A stretch of DNA of 64,000 nucleotides from Octopus vulgaris. Lineage: Eukaryota. The notes beneath the pieces were generated by a model that was given only the letters and a program-made list of their open reading frames with translations, had not been told where the DNA came from and searched no databases. Numbering within the stretch: the stretch's first letter is position 1; every line of letters starts with the position of its first letter. The stretch lies in assembly GCA_951406725.2 (NCBI GenBank), contig OX597827.1:80538001-80602000 (forward strand), read 5' to 3'. Positions 24,710-37,960 of this stretch are shown here, one piece after another. The position numbers and the translations under genes were made by a program.

Positions 24710-24795
24710 CTGTCCTTCTAAAGAGTATTTACCCAATTTTCTAAGCTGTCTTCATAGCCATCCTACATTTAAGAATTCCTTTATTTTCTGTAGAA

Positions 24796-24847
<52 letters not shown>

Positions 24848-25070
24848 GAACTTTTTTCAATTCCTATTTGCTAAATCCACTCTAAATGCTTTGCTAGAGA
24901 TTATAGAAGGCACTTGCCCAGGGTGTCACACAGTGGAACTGAACCTGAAGCCACATGGTTAAGAAGTAAACTTCTTAAGCACATACCCACATGTCACTAA
25001 AAGTAGTCCATTGTAAATTTTTCACTATCTTCCTGAGTGTCATTCATTATACAGGAAATATATAATGTAA

Positions 25071-26668
25071 TCTATATATATAAAACAGAATTTTTGTGTG
25101 TGTGTATGTTCCTTAAGGATTCGAAAACTGTGCTGCTGATTTTGATGTATCAAGTATCAAAAGATTCAATAATCCTTTGGCTACCAAATAAAGTACGTTT
25201 TTTGCACAACAACTCTTTTATACTACAAAAATAACCTCAGAAACAAAGCTGGGCCGCACAATTTTGAGGCCATTTTTGAACAATATTTGGGTTTGCTTCT
25301 AATCTACATTGCCAATTTTAATGTTTTTGGTGTCAAAAATGCAGCAATGTACAAGAAGTGTTATGAGTGCATTTATGATGCACAAAACCCTATTTGTAAA
25401 TGGAATATGACCAAAAAACATGCTTTTTTTTGGAACAATTATTGGCACATTTTCTGTCAATAATGGCCTTTGTGCCACAACTGCCAATGTGAACGTCTTC
25501 AGTATTCCATGATTAAACAATGTCTTTGAAGTATTGTGATGCCATTTCTTTGCACAAAGCTCCATTTTTCAACAGAAGATTGACTAATGAACCATGTTTC
25601 TGGCATTACTACCAAAAAGAATTTGTCCATGTAGATTTTCTTGGTAGTAAACAACTCAGGAATGCCAAAGGAGCATTCTCGGGTTTAAATTCAATAAAAT
25701 TTCCCTGAGGACTAAGCACAATAAGAGACTATATTCATTCAAGTGTGGCAAAGATGTGAAGCAATGACTAAAGCCTTTCGACCTTTTTTGTCTTTAACAT
25801 TTGCTCTCTTTATTCAACCCAATTTATGCAAAGTTGCTTATCGTTTTTAGTATATATTATTCTTTTATTTGTTTCAGTCATTTGACTGCAGCCATGCTGG
25901 AGCACTGCCTTTAGTCGAAGAAATCAACACCAGGACTTATTCTTTGTAAGCCTAGTACTTATTCCATCAGCCTCTTTTGCTGAATCGCTTAGTTACGTGG
26001 ATGTAAACACACCAACATCAGTTGTCAAGCGATGGTGGGGGGACAAACAGACACACACACACGCATATATATATACGACGGGCTTCTTTCAGTTTCCGTC
26101 TACCAAATCCACTCACAAGGCTTTGATCAGCCTCAGGCTATAGTAGAAGGCACTTGCCCAAGGTGCCACGCAGAGGCACTGTATCCGGAACCATCACTCC
26201 TGTGATGCCTATTATTCATTTCATAAGCCACAAAGTTCGTAAGGGTTTTGCTACAATCTCCCTATTTTTCACAGTGGTTGAGTGCATACTACCACACAGG
26301 TGGTGCGATGGAAAACAGATGCCTGACCTGATAACCTCAGTCAAGACAACAACAACACTGCGTATCTATGTGAGGGCAAATTAAGGGGTCACATACACAC
26401 AAGTCTGCCCATGGTCCATGTCTTTTCATTGGTCAGGATGCACACCGTGTTCACTGATTAGTACAACTTCAAATCAATTTTTCCTTATTACACACATGTA
26501 CTGCAATACCAGTTGGTTGTGCTGTTATTATTATCAATGACTTAAGCAACACTGGAGTGTGTGTGGTGCATATGTTCTGCTTGAACTTGAAAATTGAGTA
26601 TATCTATGTATATAATACAATGTGTCTGTAGGTCATAACACCCAAGCAACACCAGGGTGCATTGCTAG
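25071..26668 (+). mobile_element. Non-autonomous Helitron-like element carrying a decayed ankyrin-like fragment and a nested SINE
   Basis: 5' A|TCTATATATATAAAA at 25071; 3' imperfect hairpin cccaagcaacaccaggg, then CTAG|T at 26665-26669; no TSD. Confidence 0.6.
25860..26195 (-). mobile_element. tRNA-derived SINE (second family)
   Basis: ttctttcagtttccgtctaccaaatccactcacaaggcttt...cacttgcccaaggtgccacgcag; partial relatives at ~16610-16750, 24850-24990 and 41090-41250. Confidence 0.75.
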
Positions 26669-26802
26669 TATAATATAATTGGTAGACCTACTAGTTGACA
26701 CTGACAGTGAGGTTATACAATAATTTCTTTTTTATCTTTTAATCCATGTCCATTATTGGGACATGTCATTGTATATTGCGAATTATCCCAGTTTATATGG
26801 CA

Positions 26803-27213
26803 CTAACAGCTAAGCCCGGTTTCACCCAGTCTGCTGGTATGATGTGGCTATGATCGTTTTCAACTAGGCATAATCTATAACAGCGTTTCTCAACCTTATT
26901 ATTTTGGGTCCCTTGTTTTGATTGGAGCCTCCAGCTGTATGAAAATTTCCTGACCCCATCCTGTCAGAAAACAGCTTCTAAGCAACTGGTTGTTTTAATG
27001 GCGAAAGAAAGAGGGGGAAATCCATTAGAAAAGTTTTAATCGATTTTCTCGGTAAGTATGGGGGCTAGGTAAAAAATACAAACTGCATTCCAATCTATAC
27101 ACCCATCTCCATATGTATGCCAATCCACCCAGCGAATCCACCCAGCCGTTTGGATTTGAACCTCAAGACAAGAAAGAATACAACGATCGCCCATGTCCAA
27201 TTTATATTATAGA
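26803..27213 (-). mobile_element. Short Helitron-like element
   Basis: Minus strand begins A|TCTATAATATAAA and ends with GC hairpin ctgggtgaaaccggg followed by gTTAG|T. Confidence 0.5.
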
Positions 27214-27699
27214 TTAAGATATCAGAGAGGTTTCTTCCTTTGGATAACATGCCAATCTGTAGCATGTAAAATGAAACAGTATTGCTTGAGGAAATTAAAG
27301 ATGGTCTGTGGAGGCAAGTATTAATATAAAATGCATCCAGCTGTAAAAACCATGCCAAAACACACTCAGAAGCATGGCACAGGCTCCAGCCTGGCCAGCT
27401 CCTGCCAAACCATCCACCCCATGATAAGATGGAGGGAAGTTAAATGATGATGATGTTGATACAAAGGAATAAGTCCTTCATACTGCAAATTTTAAAATCA
27501 TGTCTGGTCAGTGGCGATCTATGTTCGGGAAGATATGGCTCAAAACTGCTGCTGAGGTATGATACTTTGTCTTGCAAGATGAGCCAGGAGAGTGAGAGGC
27601 AGTAGTGGACATCTCCAGGAAACTCAGCCAGAGTAAGGTAGGGACTGTTTGATTGGAGGAAAATCAATCAAAAGGCACCAATTGATGCACACAATTCAC

Positions 27700-28050
27700 T
27701 AGCAGCATCCAAAAACTCACCAGCCTGCTGCTATGGTCAGTGTAGCTTGAAAGCAATGAAGCAAGTATGCTCTGCTGGATGTGCATTGTCAGTGTGGACG
27801 TACGACAGACTGTAAGTGTCTTAAGAGAGACGTTGGGTAGGAGAGGCATCAGATGTAGTGTGCATGAGAGAAAACTGCTGGTATGGTCATGTGATGTGTA
27901 GGGATGAGGACAGCTGCACAAAGAAGTGTGGAGGGAACCGGTGGATGAGGTAGACCCAGGAAGATGTGGGATGAGGTGGTGAAATACGATCTTTGGATGT
28001 AGAGTCTCATGGAGGTGATGACAAAAGACCGAGACAATACCGTTCTGCAT
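27700..28050 (+). mobile_element. Degenerate RTE LINE ORF C-terminal fragment
   Basis: Translates in pieces to EASMLCWMC..., WYGHVM..., GRPRKMWDEVV, typical of RTE C-termini. Confidence 0.7.
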
Positions 28051-28070
28051 TTAAGGGGTGAGGAATTATG

Positions 28071-28205
28071 TACATTATTTACATTTGATGGATATTTATC
28101 CTCATCTTGTCTGTTGCTAACACAATGTTTTGGGTATATCAGCCAAAACGTTGTGTTAACAACAAACAAGATGAGGACAAATATCCGGCAAATGTAAATA
28201 ATGTA
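28071..28205. repeat. ~135 bp imperfect palindrome (probable TE remnant)
   Basis: 28071-28133 is the reverse complement of 28143-28205 with a few mismatches. Confidence 0.85.
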
Positions 28206-28289
28206 AAAAATGTATAAAAGACCGAAATCTTTGGTGATTTGCTGTGCTTGAGAAGACGTATGAAGCTAAATGAAATTGTAGTCGTGAGC

Positions 28290-28605
28290 AGTGCCAGTGA
28301 CACGTGCAAAGCACCCATTTCAGTGACACATAAAAGGCACCCATTGACACATAAAAAGTACCCATGTTTGTGACATGTAGAAGACACCTGTACTGGTGAC
28401 ACATAAAAAACACCCGTCCTGGTAATATGTAAAAGACACCTAGTTCACTCTGTGGAATGGCTGGCATTTGGAAGAGCATCTGGCTGTAGAAACCACGCTA
28501 AAACAAACAGGAACCTGGTGCAGCTCCCTGGCTTACCAGCTCCAATTAAACCATCTTACTGATGCCAGTATGGAAAACAGACACTAGATGATGATGATGA
28601 TGGTA
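28290..28605 (+). mobile_element. Diverged RTE-tail repeat with (GAT)n tail
   Basis: ggcatttggaagagcatctggctgtagaaacc...gccagtatggaaaacagac followed by gatgatgat. Confidence 0.6.
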
Positions 28606-28740
28606 TTCAATGTAACTTTATACATACAATGTATATATACTGACAAAGTAATAACGGTTCACAAAATAATTGAAATATAAATTTACAACAGAGTATTGGT
28701 AAATATAGAATAAAATATGATTGAAAAATATAGGAGTGAA

Positions 28741-28999
28741 TTCTGTTGTGTCTGGAGAGAGTCATTTCCTTTTTGTGCCTTATAGTATAACACACCCAGC
28801 AGTAAAATTTCCACTTTTTTCTAAAAAAATAATTAAAAAAATAAATAAATAATAATATAAATAATAAAAAAGTGGAAATTTTACCGCTGAGTGTGTTATA
28901 TTATAAGGCACAAAAAGAAAATGACTCTCCCCAGACACAACAGAATATGCTTCAACACACGAACTCATATAAAGAATCTTGCAAACCAAATCCAAAAAC
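28741..28999. mobile_element. Palindromic insertion flanked by 16-bp direct repeats
   Basis: Inverted arms ~28740-28820 and ~28866-28946; aaaatataggagtgaa at 28725-28740 and 29000-29015. Confidence 0.75.
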
Positions 29000-30007
29000 A
29001 AAATATAGGAGTGAAATTATATAGAAAATTACAGAAAAAAAATCAAAGTGGGAAGACTGATTGAAATAATTATATTTCACAAAAGCTTCTACACATATCA
29101 ACTTTAAAAGAAACATAAAGCTTATAACTGATATTGTCTTTATTTCATCAACTCCAAATGGAGCTGGTCTGTTTCACTGTATCGTCACCTTCACCATTAC
29201 GAGTCCTTTCTGAATATTTCATGTCTGCTACCATCCTTAACACAAATCTACTACATCAATGCTAACAACCTGCACACTAATAAAACACACTGTAGCAAAT
29301 TGCTGAATATTTTCTTCAGATTTTCTCAGTTTCCCCCACTAAACTAAAAACGGAACTATACATTGAATAACGTTCCAAATATAAAAAGCATTATAAAATG
29401 GTTATGGCTGGAACACATTCATCTTATTTAGCCCCAGGCCAACCTTACTAAAGTAAGGATGACCTGGGGCAAAATAACAAACAGCTTCTTATGAGCTCTA
29501 AAACATACTTTGTCTGCCATTAACCCGTGACATTATAATTTAAGATAATTAAGTAATAAATATATTTAAAATAAATTTTATTCCTGTAGTTAAATAATAA
29601 TCTAAGTTTGTGAAAACAAAAATCTTTCAAACCTACACCAGCCAACGTTTTGCATGTATTTTAGATCAAGACATCACTACTGACAATCTACCCATCATAA
29701 ACAGTCATGTATTTCTTAATATTACACACCAGACATCCTAATCCATCATTTACACAGTACCTACCTTATAAATACATTAGATATATTTGGCCATGCAAAG
29801 TAAAGTCTATGAAACATTTTCAACAAGATAGCTTTCAATTATTTCTGAGATAAAATGACACGGACAAAACTACTGAAAAATATGGATGAATTATTGTTCA
29901 ATCTCTTTGTTCTCTTGTTCATATTAAATATGTTAGGATACTATCTTAAGCATGCATGAGATTTATTGCATCAAATGAGATTATAAAAAAATTAACTAGA
30001 AACTTAC

Positions 30008-30191
30008 CTTTTTGATAATTATATCATTGGTTATTCAGTGAGAAAGAGAAAGATGTATTGTTGTAGAAAGATCCATTGTAAGTGCTGCTGTAATGGTGTG
30101 ACAATGGCTGTTATGGTGATGGAGTAGTGTAGCACGTCAGGCAGAGAGTCTGCTGCTAGGAGAGGGTTGCATGTGTCACTGAAGTTGTATG
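30008..30191 (-). other. Conserved non-coding first exon of g3
   Basis: Near-identical to 7077-7260; donor acttac 30002-30007. Confidence 0.75.
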
Positions 30192-30445
30192 TTTTGTGGG
30201 AGTACATCCATCTAATAATATTCTACATGTATTTATCCTTAAAGATGATGTTTGTTTGCTGGTATCAATAACTATTTAAATATATAGATATAAATTTATA
30301 TAAATGCAATATTCTATTGTTAAACATTAGTGTCTGGTTTAATAACATCAGTAAAGCAAAAGCTAATCTTAGTCAGTGATTTCTTTCTATGTTTCAGTGA
30401 GAATCTGATTGGTTGAATGATCGTGACAGAAGACCAATGAAGATG
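30192..30445 (-). promoter_or_regulatory. Putative g3 promoter with inverted CCAAT pair
   Basis: ATTGG 30408-30412, CCAAT 30434-30438, 21 bp spacer. Confidence 0.6.
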
Positions 30446-30892
30446 TTCTCTTCAAATTGATTTCTTTTTGTGAAAAACATGATCACATAGGCTGTGATGA
30501 TCGTGCTTTCCTACAGTCATTCCTAGCATAAGTTGTAACTTTTCTACTCGATATTACTCCAAAGATGCAACAAAACTTTGCCACTAACATAAATTTTTTA
30601 AAGGACATAATAAATATGATAAACCATATAAAATGTCCAAAACTATTAAACTTAATAACAAATACTAAATTTTGAGTGCCAGTATGGAGAACAGATGTTT
30701 GATGATGATGATGATGACGATGATTCTTAAATTGTATATAAAAACATTATTTTACAATCCAGGGATAATTTGAAAAAAAAAAATATTACAAATTTATAAG
30801 AGATAATGTATATTCTTATAGAGTATACTGCAAAATGTGTGTGTGTGTGTGTACTGAACAGTCTATGTGTTGTATTTACATAAAGTAAAGTA

Positions 30893-33800
30893 TTATACAT
30901 GTTTGACTGGAGTTTCTTCACTGGATTCTTTCGACGTAGTTGCATCATTATTCTTATATAAATTTTGATCTGGAATTTAGATTGGAAACATGCATTACAA
31001 AATCACAGGCTTGAAGATCTCATTAATTAATTAATTGCTTAATGAAAAAGATATAATAACAGAAACATACATTCGGAGGTTATGATCACAAAAAGTCAGT
31101 AAAAATCACATAAGCAAAAGAGTAAATGAATTCTTTGTCAGAAAATGTTGCTAATAAAATGTTGATTATTCACAAGATAAAAGATTTAAAGTATTGCTAA
31201 TGCAGTTATTAACCTGATACTCCTGGTATTTCTTCGTAATGTTTCAAGTCTCCGTGTCTACCACTTCTCTTGGATGACATTGTATCTGATGTATAGTTAC
31301 AAACCATAGTAGCATTATCTTCCACAGCATCATCACCTGATGTCACCACAACAGGTTGACAGTATTTCTGTTGACAAACAAACGATAAAGAAATGTAAGA
31401 AGACAACAAACAATGGAAGTTACAATCAACATGGATAGAGAACAATTTAATATTGGAATGTATTACTGAAGTTAAAACATATTCAAAGAGATTTCATTGT
31501 TCACTTTTACAGAGAGAAAATGTAATGTTTCCACTTACTGGGGTAGGTTTTGGTAAAGTTCTCGACTGAACTGAAGATTCATATTTGTTCTGTAGCTGAC
31601 CTTCTGCATAACATTCACTCTTGGATCTCTCAGAATAGATATTCCGCTTCACCATCTCTTCTGCATTCCTCGACATAGCAACAGAAGTGTTAGTCTGGTA
31701 CAACAATTGTTTCATCTCTGCTCTACCTTGGTAGGCTGTATTCTTTGTGGCAGCAGCTGTGTTATCTCTGTGTTTAATACATTTCATAATACACAGCGTT
31801 ATAGAAACAACAATAGCCACTGATATTATTACTGCTGATGATACAATGATAATAACCCATGTCATATGGACCCGACCTGAAGATTGTAAAGGTCCACTCT
31901 TCGACATTGGTGATGTCTCGTTACTAACAGCCAATACCAAAGTGACACTAGTTGTTGACGACTGAACTGGACTACCACTGTCCTTCACAACAAACACCAG
32001 CTCATAACTTCCAGCATCATTTAGATAAACTTGTCTGGAGAAGGATAAAGCACCACTGTGTGAGTTCATACTAAACAACTGTTTATCATTTCCTTGTTTG
32101 ATTGCATATCTGAGGAAAGCATTGTTTCCACTGTCCCCATCAGAGGCTCTCAAAACTGTGATGTCACTCTTACTCTGCGGATGGTACTGCACATTTAACG
32201 TGTAAGGGTCGCTACTAGGATATGTAAAATACGGAGCATTGTCATTTTGATCTAGAATCTCAACAATAACATTCGCTGTGTCATTCAGAGATGGGCTTCC
32301 ATTGTCTTTGACAAAAACCTCAAACTTATACACATCTTGTTTCTCTCTGTCCAATGACATGGTCGCTGAAATGAAGCCATAACTGGTGATGAGAAATGGG
32401 AGATTGGATTTTTCTTTACGCAGCAGAGAATATGTGAGTTGTCCAGCAGATCCTAGATCAGGGTCAGTGGCATTGACAAAACCAATAGGGAAGTCTTTAT
32501 CTTTGTTTTCGTAGGTGAGGAATTGGAATGTATCTTTGGTAAACTGTGGTTGTACATCGTTGATGTCAGTCACTTGGATAGAGAGGCTTTTAACACTTTT
32601 GAGAGGAGGTAATCCTTTATCTTGACAGGAGACAGGAATGTTATAGTGTCCTTGTGTTTCTCTGTCCACTGGTTTGTTTAGAATGATTTTATATTCTTTA
32701 GATCCCATTGATTGTAGTTTGAATGTATCATGTTTGATATCACAGCTGACCTCTCCATTTTGTCCCACATCATTGTCAGTGACCATCACATATGCAATGA
32801 AACTACCGACTTTGATCTTTTCAGAGATGGTACCTGTGTTGTCACTGATCGCAGAAACATAATCAATATCAATAGATGGAGGATTGTTGTGTTGGTTGAT
32901 AACATTTACCAAAACAGTTGCGATAGAACTGATTGGGGGATTGCCTCCATCTCTGGCCTCTATAAATAATTCAAAAGTATTTTTTTCATTCAAACTAGAA
33001 ATTCTAGATAAAAATACTTTGCCAGCTTTTTTATCCAATTCGAAATATTTCTTTGCTAAATCAGAAGTTTTGGGGCTGAAATGAAAAGTAATTTTACTGT
33101 TGGACCCTGCATCTTTGTCCGTTACTGACAAAGTAAGAATAGGTTTTGTCTTGTCGTGTGTGGTTCTAATGGAAATATTATAAAGTGGTTTTGAAAATAC
33201 AGGTGGATTATCATTCTCATCTTCAACAACAATCACAACATTTAACACACACTGTTTAGATGGAGAACCTCCATCTTTAGCAATAACTTCTAAATTGTAT
33301 TTATCTTTTAACTCTCGGTCTAATTTCTCTTTCAAGACAATATTTAATGATGAAATACCATCAGCTCTTTTAGAAACTGACAAAGAAAATGAATTAGACT
33401 TTTTAAGTTTATATTCAATGAAAGAATTTTGATAACTCACATCTTTGTCTATGGCATTTGGAATTGACTTTTTCATACCTTCACGATCTCCTTCCCTAAA
33501 TTTTAAAATTATTTGTTTTTCAGGAAACTCCGGTTCATGGTCATTGATGTCTTCTATCACTATTTTGACTTTTAATATTTTTGTGAAACTATCCACTTTC
33601 TTAATAATAACTTTCACAGTTCTGGAACATTCTTTGTTGAATGTGCAGAGATCTTCTGCATCCAGTGTCTGAGCAGTGTACAGTTTACCTGTTTTGGTGA
33701 TATTAAATAACTGTGCCACCTTTCGTTTGAATTGACTGAATGTTATCAGATGTTGGTCAGATGGTTTAACATTGTCTAAAAGTTTAGAATCGGCAGCAAT

Positions 33801-33908
33801 GTCTGCTACATATGTTCCTGGACTTCTCTCTTCTTCCACATGGTACGTGAGGTCTATGGTCAGGACACAGTGGACCAGTGACAATACAATGGACAATGAG
33901 AGGAACAT
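30893..33908 (-). CDS. Pcdh: Protocadherin g4, intact, ~866 aa; coding exons 33908-31539, 31367-31214, 30969-30893
   Basis: 804-aa track ORF with signal peptide, six EC repeats and TM; in-phase GT-AG junctions; terminal exon DQNLYKNNDATTSKESSEETPVKHV*. Large-exon acceptor at 33968. Confidence 0.95.
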
Positions 33909-36309
33909 TTTGGTTGCTGCTGCCTGTTGTTACTTTTTAAATATATCAGATGTTTTAGTGGATTGAACCTAAAACCAGAAGCATATTTACTTGGTTAGAT
34001 ATTATTGTAAATTAACCACAGTTTGAAAAATGAAATTATTATAAAATTAGAATTATATGAATGTATTATTTCATATATGAATAGCAAAGCATGTATGAAA
34101 AATGAAATTGTCAATGTTTCTATAAAACTGTAAAACAAAACAATTATGTACTCCGTAACATCAGAATCACCAAAGCTAGGATTAAATATTTTTAGAGCAG
34201 AATTATTAGGACTCATACAAAAGATTCACCTATAAAACTGTAACAAGATAATGTAGTTTTCCAAGATAATGTAATTTTTATGCTGAATTCTGATTAGTAA
34301 GAGTTTAACAGATTTTCGTTATTATTACTTTTATACATGTGACTATGAGTGATCTGTTGTCGTGTAATTTTTCAAGTCTGTTACCCTAACCAACACAACT
34401 GTCAAAATACTCTATCAGATCGTTTACATCACTCTGTCATACCACCAATGCAATGATAAATTGTTGTTACCTGCTTTCTTCATAATCAGCATAAAGATTG
34501 AAGTAATTATATTCTAAAGGTTCCTACAAATATCAATAGCTGATTATATTTACATTCAGTTCCATTGCTCTTCCACTTTCACACTCTGGAAGGCTCTACA
34601 ATACATAATGCATTACCTGCATACTGGAGATCCTTCTGTCCCCTAATATACTTTCTGATTCTTATTAAAAGGAGAAAAAGAAATCACTAAGAAGAAAGAA
34701 TCTATACTGAATTCCAAATCAATAGTTGTTTTACCCAAAGTTTCAGCTATTCTCCAAAGTTCCAAATGACAGTTTTATACCTTTAAGGAGACTGCTCAGC
34801 TATTCTACTTCATTAACAACCAAATATTTCCAAGTAGGCTTAATTCCCAATTCGTTTAACTACCTTGCTCTTAATTGTCTGTCACAACAAGAGTTACCTT
34901 AATTGCAAACATTCAGGCCAGGTCGCCAGGTCAGCAGCTTACATATAACTGGCTCACTTTAATTACAGAGACTCTGAGAAGCCATTCAGAAGATCAAAAA
35001 CTACATTTAATTGAAGAATGATAACTTATTATGTCTTCTGTAGGTTGAGTAGTGGACGAACAATCTGTGAAACATGAAATACTTGAAAAAGTAGAAGTGT
35101 TAGTTTATGTTATTAAAAACAAAACTTTTTTTGTTTCATTTCACAGAGAAAAGTAATGGGCATGTTTTAGTGGATTCATTAAAGTTGTTTCCCTGCAATG
35201 TGTATATATATATAAAGGGGTTTGTATGATTGTGTATAGAGGGATATATATTAGTCAAAGAAATTCCAATTTTATTTATATTCTTTATAATATTAATGTA
35301 GAATATAGAATATATAGTATAAATAGTATATATAGTAAAATGAAATGAAGTATTGATTGTCTTATTGAATAGGTGAAATACTGAATATAAAATATTAAGG
35401 GACTAGTATACTTTCTTGCATTAAAGCAGTCTTCAAAGCCCCAGGAGTGTATATATGTATGTATATATATATATATATATATATGCAGATCCTATTAGAG
35501 TGGCTAATAATTCCCCTGTAGCACAGGCGCTGCCACTAGTATCATCATCATCACCATCCTCCTCTTACATTTGTCCTCCATTCTGGTATGGGTGATCCTG
35601 ATGTAAGCCATTTGGCCAGGTTACCAAGGTTGAATGTGTTCCTCTCGCTAACCACTTATAGAAATGCACTGGGTGTGTTTTCTCATGCCACTAACAAGAC
35701 TTAAGCATAGCCCATGGAGACAGTGCAGAATAAGTCAGGATAGGGAGTAGTATAATAAAAATAATACAGATGACAGAAGGATGTGAGAGAATGAGAGAGT
35801 GAACGAGAGAGAGAGATGATGTGTGGTTGGGCAGGTTGCAAGAGGTAAGCATATTGCATGGGGACAATGAAAAGAGGAGAGATAAAATGGTGACTTGGGT
35901 GAGTGATCAGTGTGAAATGTGGGTGGAGAGGACAGTGTCAAGAATGAATGGTGGATATCATGTGAAATGATTCCAGGTAGAGAAGAACATAAGTGGTATC
36001 AGGGAAAAGTTGGTGGAGTAAGCAGTTCTGCTCAGAATTATTTACAGCAGCAGAACACAGAAGTGAAAAAGATGTTGGGTGATGGGGATGAGTGAGGGCC
36101 ACTTGTGTATGACGCACATTGTGCTTCAAGAGGTTCAGGATTCTGAGATAAGCCTGTTCCCTGTCCCCTTGTAGCAAGCTCCATTCCTCTTAAGACATTG
36201 GCACTTCTTTTTCGGCTGTCCTCATCCATATGCATCATATATCTGTACCAGTGCAGTCCATTTTACTTGTGCACTACATCTCATTCCTCTAATTCCCAAT
36301 TTTTCTTTC

Positions 36310-36357
36310 AACACACACACACATATATAAGCACATATACATATATATGTGTGTGTG

Positions 36358-36442
<85 letters not shown>

Positions 36443-36450
36443 AATATATA
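36310..36450. repeat. Compound (CA)/(TA)/(GT) microsatellite
   Basis: Read directly from the sequence. Confidence 0.85.
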
Positions 36451-36579
36451 AAAATACAAAATTGGACAAGAACGCTAAACACTCAAATAGACGATACAAA
36501 AAACGGATGGGTCATTCGAAGCCTCTAATCTTCAGTCAAGAACCAGATCATGTGTCTATGTGTGTGTGTGTGTGTATCT

Positions 36580-36808
36580 ATAAAAAGCACCATTTGAGCA
36601 TGGTCACTGCCAGTGCTGCCTGACTGGCACGTAAAAAGCACCCTCTACACTCTCGGAGTGGTTGGCATTAGGAAGAGCATCCAGCTGTAGAAACTTTGCC
36701 AGATCAGATTGGAGCCTGGCGCAGCCTCCCGGCCTGCCAGTCCTCAGCCAAACCATCCAACCCATGCCAGCATGGAAAGTGGACGTCAAACGCTGATGAT
36801 GATGATAC
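36580..36808 (+). mobile_element. RTE-tail repeat with (GAT)n tail
   Basis: ggcattaggaagagcatccagctgtagaaac...cccatgccagcatggaaagtggacgtc. Confidence 0.8.
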
Positions 36809-36829
36809 CTGTATTCTGTCATTCGTGTA

Positions 36830-37960
36830 CACTGACTTTGCACATTCAATGGAGCATACTGGTTTCATTTCTTTCCATTCTTCTCAAGTTCTGAAAGCCC
36901 ATGTCACACTGCCATAGGGTATCGTAGCTCTAACAGTAGCGTAATGCAATCTACTCTTCACTCTGAGGGAAAACACCTTTGTTGCCAGCAGTAATATTAG
37001 TTACCTGAACTTTTTCCTACCCACTCTTAACATGGTTACTATTCTTTCAGAGTAACTACCTTCCCTGCTAATTATGTCTCAAAGGTGACAAAAGCTAGTC
37101 GCTGCTTCTAGTGACCCATCTGAACATTTAAAAGAATCTATTTCTGATGTGCTCATGAAACTTACTTCCTCTGTTAGAGTGCCTATGATTCCACAATACA
37201 TTTTGTGTGCTTATATCTTACACAGGGTACAGCATTTCAAGTTTATATCAACACTTTTTCTGTATGTCAAGTAAAGAAATTTTATTTGAAGGTACCTGGG
37301 TCCTGTCTTCTTTCCTATTTATTAGAACCACTTTAGTCTTTGTTAAATTTACCTTGTAGCCTCTTAATTCTAGATTTAACTTCCATGCCTAGAATTTCTT
37401 TCTTATTACATTGTAAATTCAACAATGAGGACTGGATCATCATCATAAAGGAGTTCTTATGGGGAGCCAGTCTAAAATTTTTCTGTGATGGCCAACAGGA
37501 CAATGATGAATTGGAAGGGGATAAGGACTGATAATGAAGAGCTCCTGCCTCCATGCTAAATTCATAATTTCAATTGTTGCTGATTCCCACTTACAGCATC
37601 TTTGTACAAAACCATTCATTAATGCCTAGTTCCTTTAGTGGCCTCCAAATTATTTAATATACGATGCTACCTCCCAAGTCAATGAAAACCATGAAAGATG
37701 GTTCAATCTTAGCTATGTATTTGTCCTACAGTTGGCTCATTAGGAAGAATAAATCAGTGGTGCTTTTTCTGGGCACAAACCAAAGTGTGTCTCATCTAGG
37801 TCTGGGATTAATCATGCTATCACTTTCTCTGTGACTTTCTTGAGCTGATTCAATTGTCTGATTTCTCTAGAGTTTCTTTGCTCAAAGCCATCTCCTTTGC
37901 CTTTAAAGCAGTTTACAATGACACTGCTACATCAACTATTGGGTATGACACACCTTCCTC
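36830..37960 (-). mobile_element. Degenerate RTE LINE reverse-transcriptase fragment
   Basis: Collinear similarity to the RTE fragment at 47850-49050; remnants of HQGSxLSPxxF, PxELLYxDD, KSTTDLFFLMSQL; many stops. Confidence 0.6.

Noticed and set aside
36500-36552. Possible hammerhead-like core (CTGAAGA...CGAA) on the minus strand
   Set aside because: The core is incomplete and I could not establish the stems; at most a decayed Penelope-like remnant.
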